Source of the DNA: an uncultured virus (IMG/VR IMGVR_UViG_3300021140_000006)
Taxonomy: Duplodnaviria > Heunggongvirae > Uroviricota > Caudoviricetes
IMG/VR virus record: IMGVR_UViG_3300021140_000006
DNA: 64,000 nt
Strand: one strand, 5' to 3'
The position numbers were made by a program, and so were the translations under genes. Shown one piece after another: positions 1-9,864 of this stretch; within the stretch, counting starts at the first letter, position 1; each line of letters starts with the position of its first letter. Under the pieces are notes generated by a model, which did no database searches, was not told the origin of the DNA, and was given only the letters and a program-made list of their open reading frames with translations.

Positions 1-1
1 T

Positions 2-385
2 GAAGGAAACCATGTTACTCACGTTAAAGACCTTGATGGAATGAACGAATCATATCTTACTGAAGTATTATCAAGAATGGAACGCATCAAAGCTGCTATC
101 AGATTCAAGCAATCGCAAGGCAAACGTATACGCAAAATGAAGATTGCTTTACATACTCGTTCTAGTCCACAGAAGATTAATCATCGAGCGCGTAATGCCG
201 CAATCAATGCACTTAAAGCAAAACTTGCAAAGAAACCTTTGAGTCAATTGACCGTCCAAGAAAAAGAACGGATTGAAAGAATCGTAGCTAAGAAAAAGAA
301 ACTAATCGATAAAGCAGCAATGAAGTTAGTGCCTAAAATTAGAAAAATTGAAAATGCTCGTCTTCATCCAATCAACAGAGACTAA
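2..385 (+). CDS. Basic hypothetical virion/head protein (probably 5'-partial)
   Basis: Frame is open from position 2; Lys/Arg-rich; late gene cluster. Confidence 0.5.
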   Translation, partial: EGNHVTHVKDLDGMNESYLTEVLSRMERIKAAIRFKQSQGKRIRKMKIALHTRSSPQKINHRARNAAINALKAKLAKKPLSQLTVQEKERIERIVAKKKKLIDKAAMKLVPKIRKIENARLHPINRD

Positions 386-387
386 AC

Positions 388-825
388 ATGGATAAATTAA
401 TCGCAACCTCGAGAATAGTATTTGCTAACAACTTTGTACTATACTTCAAAAGTGCTTCATACCATTGGAACGTAGAATCATTCTATTTTCCACAATTCCA
501 TGATTTCTTTGGTGATTTTTACGCAGATACTTATGGTGCAGTAGATACACTAGCCGAATTCATTAGAACTTTTGATGTATATGCTCCTATTAGTTTGACT
601 GAATTGACTAGATATAAAACAATCAATGAAGATATGGTTAAACCAGATAATGTCAATACTATGTTAACTAATCTATACGAAGCTAATGTATTGATGATTG
701 AATCGTTGGAATCTGCATTTGAAGCATCACAGGAAGTAAATGAACAAGGTTATGCTAATTTCTTGGCAGACCGTTTAACAGCACACAAAAAGCATCAGTG
801 GATGTTGAAATCAATTTTAAAGTAA
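388..825 (+). CDS. dps: Dps/ferritin-like DNA protection protein
   Basis: YHWNV, FHDFFGDFY, DTLAEFIR and HKKHQWML motifs of the Dps ferroxidase family. Confidence 0.9.
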   Translation: MDKLIATSRIVFANNFVLYFKSASYHWNVESFYFPQFHDFFGDFYADTYGAVDTLAEFIRTFDVYAPISLTELTRYKTINEDMVKPDNVNTMLTNLYEANVLMIESLESAFEASQEVNEQGYANFLADRLTAHKKHQWMLKSILK

Positions 826-835
826 GGAGAACTAA

Positions 836-1636
836 ATGTTAGTAGAACAACTAGAAGCGTTACAATCGATCCAAGAAACTTATATTGCTATGAATGAATC
901 AACTCATGATCTAAGTAATGTCAAGACTGATACCTTGACAAGTCTTCACGCATTACATGCAAAAGAACCTAAAGGTACTCGTAGTTATGACCAAAGACAA
1001 AGAGTTGCAGCGGAACTCAAGAAACGCGGTATTAAAGTTCAAGAAGATGTAATGGACGAAAAATTTGCTCATCCTAATCATAAGAAATTGGATGCTAATG
1101 ATAATGGTAAAGTAGATGCTCATGATTTTGCATTACTTCGTAAAAAGAAAGGAATGAAAAACTTTAAAGAGTTTAAAGAATCATTAGAGCAACTCGATGA
1201 ATACGAAATAATGGAAGCGTTTGCAGTCCATAGACATGGTGGTTCTATTGGTAGCGGTGGTCCTGTTCATGTTAAAACTCATGAAACTAAAGAAGATGCT
1301 AAAGAACACGCTAAAAGATTGAATAAAGGATTATCTCCTGGCGAAAAATCATACTACGGTATTAAATACAAAGTATCTGAAGTCAAAGGCGATGTTAAAG
1401 AAAACCTTGATGAAGGTACTAATATTCCAGTTAGTCGTGCAACTGATGCTGTGAGTAAAGTATTAGGACAAAAAGGTGCAGTTAATTTCTTAGCAAAATT
1501 GAAACCTGGTAATAAAACTCATACATCATGGAATGAAGTAAATGGTGCCTTAGTAGATCAAGGAACTCAATCGGCTCATATTGCTAAAGTTGCTGGTCAC
1601 TTAAAACCAACTCAGTATAACGAAGCTGAAGACTAA
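836..1636 (+). CDS. Hypothetical head/internal protein with EF-hand-like loop
   Basis: DANDNGKVDAHDF loop; internal MKNFKEFKES motif; AGGAG RBS. Confidence 0.55.
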   Translation: MLVEQLEALQSIQETYIAMNESTHDLSNVKTDTLTSLHALHAKEPKGTRSYDQRQRVAAELKKRGIKVQEDVMDEKFAHPNHKKLDANDNGKVDAHDFALLRKKKGMKNFKEFKESLEQLDEYEIMEAFAVHRHGGSIGSGGPVHVKTHETKEDAKEHAKRLNKGLSPGEKSYYGIKYKVSEVKGDVKENLDEGTNIPVSRATDAVSKVLGQKGAVNFLAKLKPGNKTHTSWNEVNGALVDQGTQSAHIAKVAGHLKPTQYNEAED

Positions 1637-1637
1637 A

Positions 1638-1820
1638 ATGATTACCTTCAAAGAATATCTTGAAGAAGTATTGAAACAAGTAGACGGCAAGTGGGCAATT
1701 GTTTCTAAGAAATCTGGTAAACCTCTCGCCTATTATAAAGGTGAGGGGAAACCTTCCGAAGAATGGTTCAATAAGCAAGAAAAGCGTATTGGCTATTTCA
1801 AACATTTAAACAAAGGGTAA
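1638..1820 (+). CDS. Small protein with capsid-targeting-like N-terminus
   Basis: MITFKEYLEE resembles the T4 internal-protein signal MKTYQEFIAE. Confidence 0.6.
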   Translation: MITFKEYLEEVLKQVDGKWAIVSKKSGKPLAYYKGEGKPSEEWFNKQEKRIGYFKHLNKG

Positions 1821-1824
1821 TCAA

Positions 1825-2565
1825 ATGGCAGAATTTGGTGATTTCCTAAAATTGATGTCTGATGCCAAATTGGCAAAGATACAAGAGCAATCTGAAAAAG
1901 AAAATAGATTGATTGAAATATCAGAACGGGTAAAGGAATCAAATCCATTCAAGGTACAAGCGCTTGAAGAAGTTTATATTGAACCAGAACCTATTATGGA
2001 GGAATCACCAGAATCTGTTTTAACGCCGGAACTAACTAAATTATTCAACGAACAATCTTATCAACAACCAGAAGTCAGTCCTGTTGATAATGACGTTAGA
2101 CATATTAGAGATAAGTTAAAGTTTATAGAGCAATGGATGGGTAAGATTTCTCTTGCTGGTCCTGGTAGTGGTGAAGTGAATCTTCGTTATCTTGATGATA
2201 TAGTAAGAAGTTCAATCTATGATGGTAGATATCTGAGATACAATGCAACCTTAAAGAAATTTGAGTTTGCTGAAGTCAATCCACATGATATAGTTTATAC
2301 TACCAACAATGTAACGACTTCTACATATACAGTCTCATCTGATGATTACTATGTTGGTGTTACATATAACGGACCAACTACTATTACTTTACCTAGCAAT
2401 CCAAGTTCTGGTCGGATGTTGATAATCAAAGATGAATCTGGTAATGCTTCAGTTAATCCAATAACTGTTTTAGGAACTGTTGATAATGATCCTACTGGTT
2501 TCATTATTCAATTAGACAATGGTGCAATTCAATTACTTTATAGAAATGGCTGGAGAATAGTGTGA
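1825..2565 (+). CDS. Putative virion structural protein
   Basis: GPGSGEVNLRYLDD motif and a beta-rich C-terminal domain (TITLPSNPSSGRMLIIKDESG). Confidence 0.6.
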   Translation: MAEFGDFLKLMSDAKLAKIQEQSEKENRLIEISERVKESNPFKVQALEEVYIEPEPIMEESPESVLTPELTKLFNEQSYQQPEVSPVDNDVRHIRDKLKFIEQWMGKISLAGPGSGEVNLRYLDDIVRSSIYDGRYLRYNATLKKFEFAEVNPHDIVYTTNNVTTSTYTVSSDDYYVGVTYNGPTTITLPSNPSSGRMLIIKDESGNASVNPITVLGTVDNDPTGFIIQLDNGAIQLLYRNGWRIV

Positions 2566-3947
2566 GTTACCTTTTTACAAACAATCAAGAAATTAAAAAT
2601 GATGTTGGAAATCCTATATCAACTGAAGTGTATAATGATGGATCTGTAGTATCTGATACCAATAGATTTCCTGTTTCTATGAGTGCTGTTACAGGAGGTT
2701 CTGATGCTTTTGGTAGATTAAGAATATCTGAAGCATTTACTTTAGGTGATTATAAACATACTTATGGTATAGATCAAAACTTTCTGAATATCGTATCTAA
2801 TGGTGGAACGATTACTCATAATGCAAATCAAGCATCTGCAAGGTTAACGACAACATCAAATAGTTCAAGTTATGCTATACACCAGACAAAACAGTATCAC
2901 AACTACATGCCAGGTAAAAGTCAACTAATAAAGTCAACAATTAACTTCTATAGTCCTATTGCTAATGTAGTTAAACGGACTGGTTATTTTGACGACAGAA
3001 ATGGAATCTATTTTGAACAAGCTGGCGACGGTACTTTAAGTTTTGTTATAAGAACAGACACTACCGGAACTCCTAGCGATGCTAGAAGAGTTACTCAAGC
3101 TCAATGGAATGTTGATACTTGTAATACGACAATTGTTGGCACTTCTACAGATGGTACTAACAGCGGAGTATCTGGATCGTGGACTCTCGATATTACTAAG
3201 ACACAAATATTTTTCATTGATTTTCAGTGGCTAGGTGTTGGTAGAGTAAGATGCGGTTTTGTTCATAACGGTAATATGATTGTTGCACATGAATTTTACA
3301 ACAGTAATTACTTACCTGTAGTCTATATGAGTAATCCAAATTTACCAGTTAGATGTGAAATAAGAAATACAGGTACAACTACTGGTGGTTCTTTTGACCA
3401 AATTTGTTCAACTGTTGTTTCTGAAGGTGGATATGCAGAATCAGGTATAGATTGGGCAATCGATTCAGGCACTGCATCTCAGAATGTTCCATTAGGCGCA
3501 AATTATCCAATCGTAGCAATAAGATTAAAATCAACATTTAAAGGTTATCCTAATCGTGTAATGTTAAGAATGGGAAATGTTAATGTTTATGCTGAACAGA
3601 ATCCAGTATATTGGAAACTAATAAAACTCTCAGGTCTATCATCAATAACTTTAAGTAGTCCTACTTGGACAAGCGTTTCGTCAGAAAGTGCAGTTGAATA
3701 TACTATATTAGGAACAGCAATATCTGGTGGTGATGTTGTAGATAATGGATTTGTTGGTACTTCAAGCCCTGGTGGTAGTGCTAAAGGTACTGGTACTGGA
3801 TCTGAAAGTAATCCGACTGCAGCAAAAAGAAATTTTATAACACAAAATTTTGATTGTACAGATAGTGAAATCTATGTAGTATGTGCTCAATCTATAGGAG
3901 CGGCAGCAAATGTTTGGTGTGGTATCCAATGGCGAGAAATTTACTAA
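2562..3947 (+). CDS. Beta-rich virion structural protein
   Basis: 461 aa, Ser/Thr/Gly-rich; DAFGRLRIS and IDFQWLGVGRVRCGF motifs typical of T4-like structural proteins. Confidence 0.65.
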   Translation: MSYLFTNNQEIKNDVGNPISTEVYNDGSVVSDTNRFPVSMSAVTGGSDAFGRLRISEAFTLGDYKHTYGIDQNFLNIVSNGGTITHNANQASARLTTTSNSSSYAIHQTKQYHNYMPGKSQLIKSTINFYSPIANVVKRTGYFDDRNGIYFEQAGDGTLSFVIRTDTTGTPSDARRVTQAQWNVDTCNTTIVGTSTDGTNSGVSGSWTLDITKTQIFFIDFQWLGVGRVRCGFVHNGNMIVAHEFYNSNYLPVVYMSNPNLPVRCEIRNTGTTTGGSFDQICSTVVSEGGYAESGIDWAIDSGTASQNVPLGANYPIVAIRLKSTFKGYPNRVMLRMGNVNVYAEQNPVYWKLIKLSGLSSITLSSPTWTSVSSESAVEYTILGTAISGGDVVDNGFVGTSSPGGSAKGTGTGSESNPTAAKRNFITQNFDCTDSEIYVVCAQSIGAAANVWCGIQWREIY

Positions 3948-3980
3948 TAAATATATTTACAAACTAATAAGGAGATAACA

Positions 3981-4574
3981 ATGAGTTTATGGGGAAAAAC
4001 GGATACTGATGCCAGTGTCCCAAAATATTTAAACGAAGAACAACGTGCAAAAGCAATCTTCATTGATAATACTGAAGCCGCTGATGCAGATACAAAAGCA
4101 AAAGGCATTACTGGTCCAGGCTGGTGGTTATATGAACAGTATAAAAATGCGGCTGGAGCAATCCGTCACAAAGCAGAATGCTTAATTCCAATGTCTGTTA
4201 CTGCAGTTGCCGCTGGCGACCGTGCTAATGATGCTGGTATCGACACTGCGGGAACTTATGATATTACTTTAACAACTAAACCAGTTGCACGTTCTGTAGC
4301 TTCTGGTGCTGCTACTACATTTGCAGTTGTTGCTGCAATCAGTTCTGGCGGTGGTGCATTGTCTTATCAGTGGCAAAGATCAACTACTACTAATGGCAAT
4401 GTATATGTTGACATAACTAATACTGGTGTTTACACCGGTGCTACTACAGCTACATTAGCAATCAGTAACGTATCGACTCCTACCAATTTAAACGGATTCA
4501 AATATCGTGTTATCGTTTCAGCTACTAATGCTGTGAGTGAAACATCACCTGCAGTCAAACTTACTGTAGCATAA
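3981..4574 (+). CDS. Virion protein with C-terminal Ig-like domain
   Basis: LSYQWQ...GATTATLAI...KYRVIVS Ig pattern; AATAAATA late-promoter variant and AAGGAG upstream. Confidence 0.75.
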   Translation: MSLWGKTDTDASVPKYLNEEQRAKAIFIDNTEAADADTKAKGITGPGWWLYEQYKNAAGAIRHKAECLIPMSVTAVAAGDRANDAGIDTAGTYDITLTTKPVARSVASGAATTFAVVAAISSGGGALSYQWQRSTTTNGNVYVDITNTGVYTGATTATLAISNVSTPTNLNGFKYRVIVSATNAVSETSPAVKLTVA

Positions 4575-4575
4575 G

Positions 4576-4923
4576 ATGAAATTAAGCACTGAGAATTTTA
4601 TACAATTTGCAATGAATTGCTATGAAAACCCTCAGTGCTTTTCCATTAGAGAATTCGAATCGGACCTATGTAGATTCGATTATATAAATAAATTATTCAA
4701 GCGGTACGTGGAACAAGATACACTGAGAGAACAATTGATTCTGAATCATATAATTGTTCTCTACAATGTATTTGGTGATAATGCTACCAAAATGTTACTT
4801 TTTAAAATAGATGAAAGTTATGGTGATATGTTATTGCCATTCTTATTGTATCTTAACAGAATACCAGAACAAGACTTAGGTCGTCTGGATCCAACTATAA
4901 TATCTGTCCTTCGGAAACTATAA
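4576..4923 (+). CDS. Conserved T4-like hypothetical protein
   Basis: YENPQC and LILNHIIVLYNVFG motifs. Confidence 0.65.
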   Translation: MKLSTENFIQFAMNCYENPQCFSIREFESDLCRFDYINKLFKRYVEQDTLREQLILNHIIVLYNVFGDNATKMLLFKIDESYGDMLLPFLLYLNRIPEQDLGRLDPTIISVLRKL

Positions 4924-4964
4924 TAAAGAAGAACTCCAACAAGGAAATTTAATAAATGAAAAAA

Positions 4965-5030
4965 GTTACTCGCGGACTCCTACATCCCAGTAACTCTAAC
5001 CATACTAACAAGAATACAAGGAGTAATCTA
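4965..5030 (+). ncRNA. Candidate cis-regulatory leader RNA, copy 1
   Basis: GTTACT-CGC-GGA/loop/TCC-C-AGTAAC, then TCTAACCATACT and AAGGAG; same architecture before three other endonuclease genes. Confidence 0.6.
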
Positions 5031-5726
5031 ATGATCAGCAAAAGTATTTATATACCGTATACATATATTTTAAAATTCAAAGTAACAGGACAATTGTATT
5101 ATGGATCCAGTTATGCAAATAGTACAAATAAAATAGCAAATCCATCTCAACTGTGGAATACGTATTTCACATCATCCAAAGAAATACACAAATTAATAAG
5201 TGAATACGGTATCGATTCTTTTGATTATCAAATAAGAAAAGTCTTTACTACTGTAGAGCAAACACTAGCGTGGGAAACTAAAATACTGACTAAATTTGAT
5301 GCTGCCGCTAATGATATGTGGATAAATAAGCATAATGGTGGAACTAAGTTTAAAAATATAGGTCGTGTTCACGATGATGAGTGGAATGAAAATATATCAA
5401 TTGCATTAAGCGGTAAAGTAAAATCAGACAATCATCGTAAAAATATATCATTAGCGGCTCAAGGTAGAGTCCCTTGGAATAAAGGAATGTCTGGTTTTGT
5501 ATACGGAAAGCAATCTGAAGAGCATACGTCATTAAGAATTTCTAATGGAAAAAAAACTATACACGAAAAGTATGGTGTGACGAACCCAAGTCAAATAGAC
5601 TGGGTTATTGAAAAAATAAAAGAAACTAAGAAAAATAAACCATATTTATTTTGTCCAATTTGTAATAAGAAATATAAATATAAATATTATTACGATTTGC
5701 ATATCAATCAATGTATAGAGGAATAG
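5031..5726 (+). CDS. Free-standing GIY-YIG/Seg-like homing endonuclease with NUMOD3-like repeats and C-terminal zinc finger
   Basis: YTY...YYG strand pair; NISxA repeats; CPIC..H..C; start moved to ATG 5031 after AAGGAG. Confidence 0.75.
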   Translation: MISKSIYIPYTYILKFKVTGQLYYGSSYANSTNKIANPSQLWNTYFTSSKEIHKLISEYGIDSFDYQIRKVFTTVEQTLAWETKILTKFDAAANDMWINKHNGGTKFKNIGRVHDDEWNENISIALSGKVKSDNHRKNISLAAQGRVPWNKGMSGFVYGKQSEEHTSLRISNGKKTIHEKYGVTNPSQIDWVIEKIKETKKNKPYLFCPICNKKYKYKYYYDLHINQCIEE

Positions 5727-5727
5727 C

Positions 5728-6237
5728 ATGAAACGTATAGTCGATAATCTTATAGCGTGGAGAATACTTTCAATGTTAGTAACTCCATTTGATAAATCTG
5801 AAGCATACAAACTGGGTATTATAGATGCTGATGGTAAAATCCTCAAAAAGCAAAACCAACTTACTACTCCAGAAGAAAAGGATGCTTACACGTATCTTCA
5901 ACGTCTAGTATTCAATCTTAAAAGATTACTCAATAAGTTACCTGGTGGAGACAAATACACCAAGAACCTTATTGCTGCTTATTTTCTAATCAAAGAATCA
6001 TACCAACATAATGACGATTCAAATTTAGAATCAAGATTTACTACATTACTTGAAACCATCGACCAAAAGAATATCATATTGGTCGAGGAAGAAATACTCG
6101 TTAATAAATTCCTCGATGAAGAAGGTGGAGTACTTCCTGCTAATAATACTTCAGGTGTTGCTAATCCCGAATTCAAATTAGGCCAAAAGAAAGTCATTAA
6201 GAGAAAAGTCAATGTTTCTACTGAATCTAATTCCTGA
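5728..6237 (+). CDS. Conserved T4-like hypothetical protein
   Basis: LVTPF..AYKLGIIDADG and LVFNLKRLL motifs. Confidence 0.65.
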   Translation: MKRIVDNLIAWRILSMLVTPFDKSEAYKLGIIDADGKILKKQNQLTTPEEKDAYTYLQRLVFNLKRLLNKLPGGDKYTKNLIAAYFLIKESYQHNDDSNLESRFTTLLETIDQKNIILVEEEILVNKFLDEEGGVLPANNTSGVANPEFKLGQKKVIKRKVNVSTESNS

Positions 6238-6793
6238 GTGGTTAACCTACCTTCTTAGTGGCATCTCATTCTTAGGACTTGTTCTAGGTGTATTGATACC
6301 AATTCCTGCTCATTACAAGATGGCTCTGTATTCTGGGTTAGGCATGTTACTATGCCTGAATTCATTTGCTATAGGAGTTTCGGTAAACGAAGCAAACTGG
6401 CAAGTAAAAGTTAAAGATATGCAAATCCAGATTGCACAACTAGAAACCAAAACTGCTGAAGTGACAACAAAGGTTGTTACTGAATATATAGAAAAAGTCA
6501 AAATAGTAGAAGGCAAAACTCATGTTATTATTAAGAAAGTTCCTGAATATATTACCAAAGAATCTGATGCTAAGTGTAGTATCAATACTGGTGCTATCGA
6601 GTTGCTCAACGCTGCCGCAGAAAACAAAGTTCCCGAATCCTCCAGAACTTCTCATGAAGGACCCTCCGATGTTAAACTCTCTACCCTTGTTGAATCCGTC
6701 AGTGGAAACTACGGTACATACTATCAAGTAGTAGAACAACTTAAATCGCTCCAAGATTGGATTAGAAAACAAAAGGATTTGAACAATGAGTGA
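6212..6793 (+). CDS. Inner-membrane spanin (Rz-like)
   Basis: N-terminal TM helices, coiled coil, IIKKVPEYIT..D.KC; contains an embedded lipoprotein ORF. Confidence 0.75.
   Translation: MFLLNLIPEWLTYLLSGISFLGLVLGVLIPIPAHYKMALYSGLGMLLCLNSFAIGVSVNEANWQVKVKDMQIQIAQLETKTAEVTTKVVTEYIEKVKIVEGKTHVIIKKVPEYITKESDAKCSINTGAIELLNAAAENKVPESSRTSHEGPSDVKLSTLVESVSGNYGTYYQVVEQLKSLQDWIRKQKDLNNE
6567..6731 (+). CDS. Outer-membrane spanin (Rz1-like), embedded in the i-spanin gene
   Basis: MLSVVSILVLSSC lipobox followed by a Pro-rich mature region, in the +1 frame. Confidence 0.75.
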   Translation: MLSVVSILVLSSCSTLPQKTKFPNPPELLMKDPPMLNSLPLLNPSVETTVHTIK

Positions 6794-7223
6794 CCATAAT
6801 TCACCATGTAATGACCTTAATAAACTTGTAACTGAAGTAGCTGTTCTGCAGAATGTAGTTTACAAGATAGATAATACAGTTGCAGAAATTGCTAAAGCAT
6901 CTTCAGAAGTATCAAGATTATTAATAGTACACGACAACAGACTAAACAATCTCGAGAATAATAATAAAGAAACTACAACTGATGTCAAGGACCTATACAA
7001 GAAAATGGAAGAAACTACTAAAGAGATTGTGGATAAGTTAGATGATATGGAATCCCGTATTGAATCTAAACTTAAAGAACATGAAGATAAATCGGATGAG
7101 TACAGAGAAGATATTTCTAACAGAATTTCTGCCTTAGAAACTTGGAAGTGGTTAGTAGTTGGAGGTAGTATAGTAATTGGATACCTTATTGATCACTCTG
7201 ATGTCCTAAAGCTATTCAAATAA
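6786..7223 (+). CDS. Coiled-coil protein with C-terminal TM helix (lysis-cassette associated)
   Basis: Heptad pattern, then LETWKWLVVGGSIVIGYL. Confidence 0.6.
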   Translation: MSDHNSPCNDLNKLVTEVAVLQNVVYKIDNTVAEIAKASSEVSRLLIVHDNRLNNLENNNKETTTDVKDLYKKMEETTKEIVDKLDDMESRIESKLKEHEDKSDEYREDISNRISALETWKWLVVGGSIVIGYLIDHSDVLKLFK

Positions 7224-7439
7224 AGCCATTAGTACTATAATACCACCAAAGTCAACTTTATACAACATTCAAATCAAAGTACTTTATAGTTTACGTAACT
7301 CCTGAATTATAAAGTACTTTCTAGTAAACACTAGTTTATTACCATTAATCGGCATTATTGCTCGAATTCATCAAAAACACTAAAATATCACGTATAACTC
7401 TTTGATTCTAAAGAGGGTAAAACACTAAATCGCGTTATT
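7223..7439 (-). repeat. Non-coding element A, diverged inverted copy of 47779-47976
   Basis: Collinear shared blocks AATAACGC, TTTTACCC, AATCAA-N2-AGTTA, ATGCC, GTTGACTT, GTATTATAGT-N-CTAATGGCTT. Confidence 0.8.
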
Positions 7440-7508
7440 CATAATAATGTTGAACAATCCTAAGCCTTCCTGTATACTTCTTTATAATAGTTCATTTGGG
7501 GACATATT

Positions 7509-7820
7509 ATGATGTGTGTTGATAAGAAGTACATTTTGAAAATTTCTTCTCAGTTGAGAAACTTCAAGGTAGTGAATGAGAATGCTTGGAGATTTAGTTG
7601 TGTTTATTGTGGAGACTCTTTGAAAGATCCAAAGAAAGCACGAGGGAATATATACCACAAGCACTATAAATTGCTTTATAAGTGTTTCAATTGTGGGATT
7701 TCAAAATCAATTCAAGAATTCATCCAGGATATGGATTCTGTGATGTTTCAGGAATATCAGTTGGATAATTATAAGGCAGGAGATGACACTATCAATTTAG
7801 AAATATTTGGAGGCAAATGA
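7509..7820 (+). CDS. gp61-like primase zinc-binding domain only (no catalytic domain)
   Basis: FSCVYCGDS.KDPKKARG...YKCFNCG matches the gp61 N-terminus; stops at 103 aa. Confidence 0.75.
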   Translation: MMCVDKKYILKISSQLRNFKVVNENAWRFSCVYCGDSLKDPKKARGNIYHKHYKLLYKCFNCGISKSIQEFIQDMDSVMFQEYQLDNYKAGDDTINLEIFGGK

Positions 7821-7925
7821 ATAATCCAATATTAGACTATCTAGTAATACCTTTGGTAATCACATTGGTAATTTTATTTACAATTATATTATAAGGAATT
7901 TTATGACAATAACAAAAGGTGACGT

Positions 7926-8921
7926 ATGAGCATTAGACTACTAACTCCTAAATCGGAATACATTGTTGATTACCCTACAGCTATAGAATTTGCTGAACAA
8001 CAGGCATCTATCATTTGGTTTCCTGATGAAATTGATGTAGAAAAGGATCTACACGATCTCAAAACCAATTGCACTGAAGCAGAATACCATGGTGTAATAT
8101 CTACCCTAAAATTATTCACATTATACGAACTCAATGTTGGTAATGATTATTGGCAAAACTATGTAAGTAAAGTGTTTCCGAGACCAGACATCCAACGTAT
8201 GGCTTCTACATTCTCTTTTATGGAGTTGGGAGTTCATGCTCCATTCTATAATAAGATTAATGAAGTGTTGGGATTGGATACGGAAGAATTCTATAACTCA
8301 TACAAAGAAGATAAAGTATTAGCTAACAGAATGAACTGGATTGCTAAAAGAACCACTAAGAAAGATACCGTATACAATGTACTTAAATCGGTCGGTGTGT
8401 TTTCTATGATCGAAGGTGCTATCCTGTATAGTTCATTTGCTTTTCTTAAACATTTCAACTCTGTAGGTAAAAATAAGTTGATTAATGTCAATGCTGGAAT
8501 CAACTTTTCAGCTATTGATGAAACTCTTCATTCTCAAGCTGGCGCGTGGTTATACCGTACTCTGGATAAAGAAGCCTTTGAAGATGATCAGTTAACCATC
8601 AGCGGAAGAGAACAGCTCAAAGAAGAACTAGAAGAAACTGCAAGAGTCATTCTCGAGCACGAATCTATTATTATTGATAAGATATTCGAGAAGGGCAATA
8701 TTAAGGGGATTACTGATAAACAATTAAAAGCGTTTGTTGAATCAAGATTGGATATTTGTTTGGAAAATTTAGGATACAAAGCAATTTTTAAGCCTACATA
8801 CAACCCAATTAAAACCTGGTTCTATAAAGACATAGATTCGACGGGAGTATTGCACGATTTTTTCAGTTCTCAAGGTTCATCATACACGAGATCGTGGAAA
8901 GAAAAATCATTCAGTTGGTAA
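7926..8921 (+). CDS. nrdB: Class Ia ribonucleotide reductase beta subunit
   Basis: WFPDE, ELGVHAPFY, EGAILYSSF, DETLH di-iron motifs; DFF near the C-terminus. Confidence 0.95.
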   Translation: MSIRLLTPKSEYIVDYPTAIEFAEQQASIIWFPDEIDVEKDLHDLKTNCTEAEYHGVISTLKLFTLYELNVGNDYWQNYVSKVFPRPDIQRMASTFSFMELGVHAPFYNKINEVLGLDTEEFYNSYKEDKVLANRMNWIAKRTTKKDTVYNVLKSVGVFSMIEGAILYSSFAFLKHFNSVGKNKLINVNAGINFSAIDETLHSQAGAWLYRTLDKEAFEDDQLTISGREQLKEELEETARVILEHESIIIDKIFEKGNIKGITDKQLKAFVESRLDICLENLGYKAIFKPTYNPIKTWFYKDIDSTGVLHDFFSSQGSSYTRSWKEKSFSW

Positions 8922-9746
8922 GGGTTTAAATTTACAATTATCAAAGTGCCATCTACCCATTATGCCTCCTTTGCCAGAAACATCGCAATAGGGGCATTTT
9001 ATAGGAGGTCTTTTAGAGCATGTGTCTTTATAGGTTTGGATTTTTCTTTCTTGAACTTCTGGATTGAGGCTTGGGTGAGTATATCCAGTATTTTGAAAAT
9101 ACGAATCATATTGGTGTGCTAACACTTCTGGATTTTTTGAGGGGTTAGCATATCCCGTTTTTTCAAAATAACTATCTGATCTCTTTTGAATAGTTTCTGG
9201 ATTTTTTGAATTATGAGTATATCCAGTATTTTGAAAATACGAATCTTTGCATTTTTGAATAATATCTGGATTTTCAAAATTAGAGTAATATCCTGTTTTC
9301 TCAAAACATTTGGTTCTTTCTGAAAGTTTCCGTTCTTTAGATTTTGGTGTTCTCATATTTAGTTTATGAGATTCTGATTTTGGTTTTCTCATATTGGATA
9401 CTGTTTTTTCGGTGAGTTTATATCCACCAACATTATTCCACTTTAGATCGCCATTATGACCATTGAGCCATTCTGGATGGTTTGCTGCATTTATTTTTGT
9501 AAGGAATTTTGTTTCCCAATATAGAGCAGAATCTTTATTGATAAATGTTTTTCGAACTTCAAAGGTGAATGAATCTTTGCTATATTCTTCTATAAGATTG
9601 GATATTATTTTTGATGAAGTGAAGTAGGTCGTCCAAAGTTGAGAAGGATGACAACCTTTTGCATATCGAACACCATAGTATCGTTGCCCTGTTGGGAGAA
9701 ATGTGATACAATAAGTGAATGGTGTATATATAGTTGTGCTGGACAT
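8907..9746 (-). CDS. Free-standing GIY-YIG/Seg-like homing endonuclease
   Basis: FTY...YYGVRY; DSYFxxTGY repeats; CPYC..RWHFDNC; start moved to ATG 9746 after AGGAG. Confidence 0.8.
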   Translation of the reverse strand: MSSTTIYTPFTYCITFLPTGQRYYGVRYAKGCHPSQLWTTYFTSSKIISNLIEEYSKDSFTFEVRKTFINKDSALYWETKFLTKINAANHPEWLNGHNGDLKWNNVGGYKLTEKTVSNMRKPKSESHKLNMRTPKSKERKLSERTKCFEKTGYYSNFENPDIIQKCKDSYFQNTGYTHNSKNPETIQKRSDSYFEKTGYANPSKNPEVLAHQYDSYFQNTGYTHPSLNPEVQERKIQTYKDTCSKRPPIKCPYCDVSGKGGIMGRWHFDNCKFKPLPTE

Positions 9747-9838
9747 AATAGTCTCCTGATTATTGATAGAATGTTTAGAGTTAGTAGGAGTGCAATCCGT
9801 GACTAACACCTTTTTGCTTTACATATAACGTATTTATA
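9747..9838 (-). ncRNA. Late promoter plus candidate leader RNA, copy 2
   Basis: TATAAATA (9838-9831), then GTTAGT-CAC-GGA/loop/TCC-T-ACTAAC-TCTAAACATTCT...AGGAG. Confidence 0.6.
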
Positions 9839-9864
9839 TAAATTAAAACTTGAGGAAATTTTAC

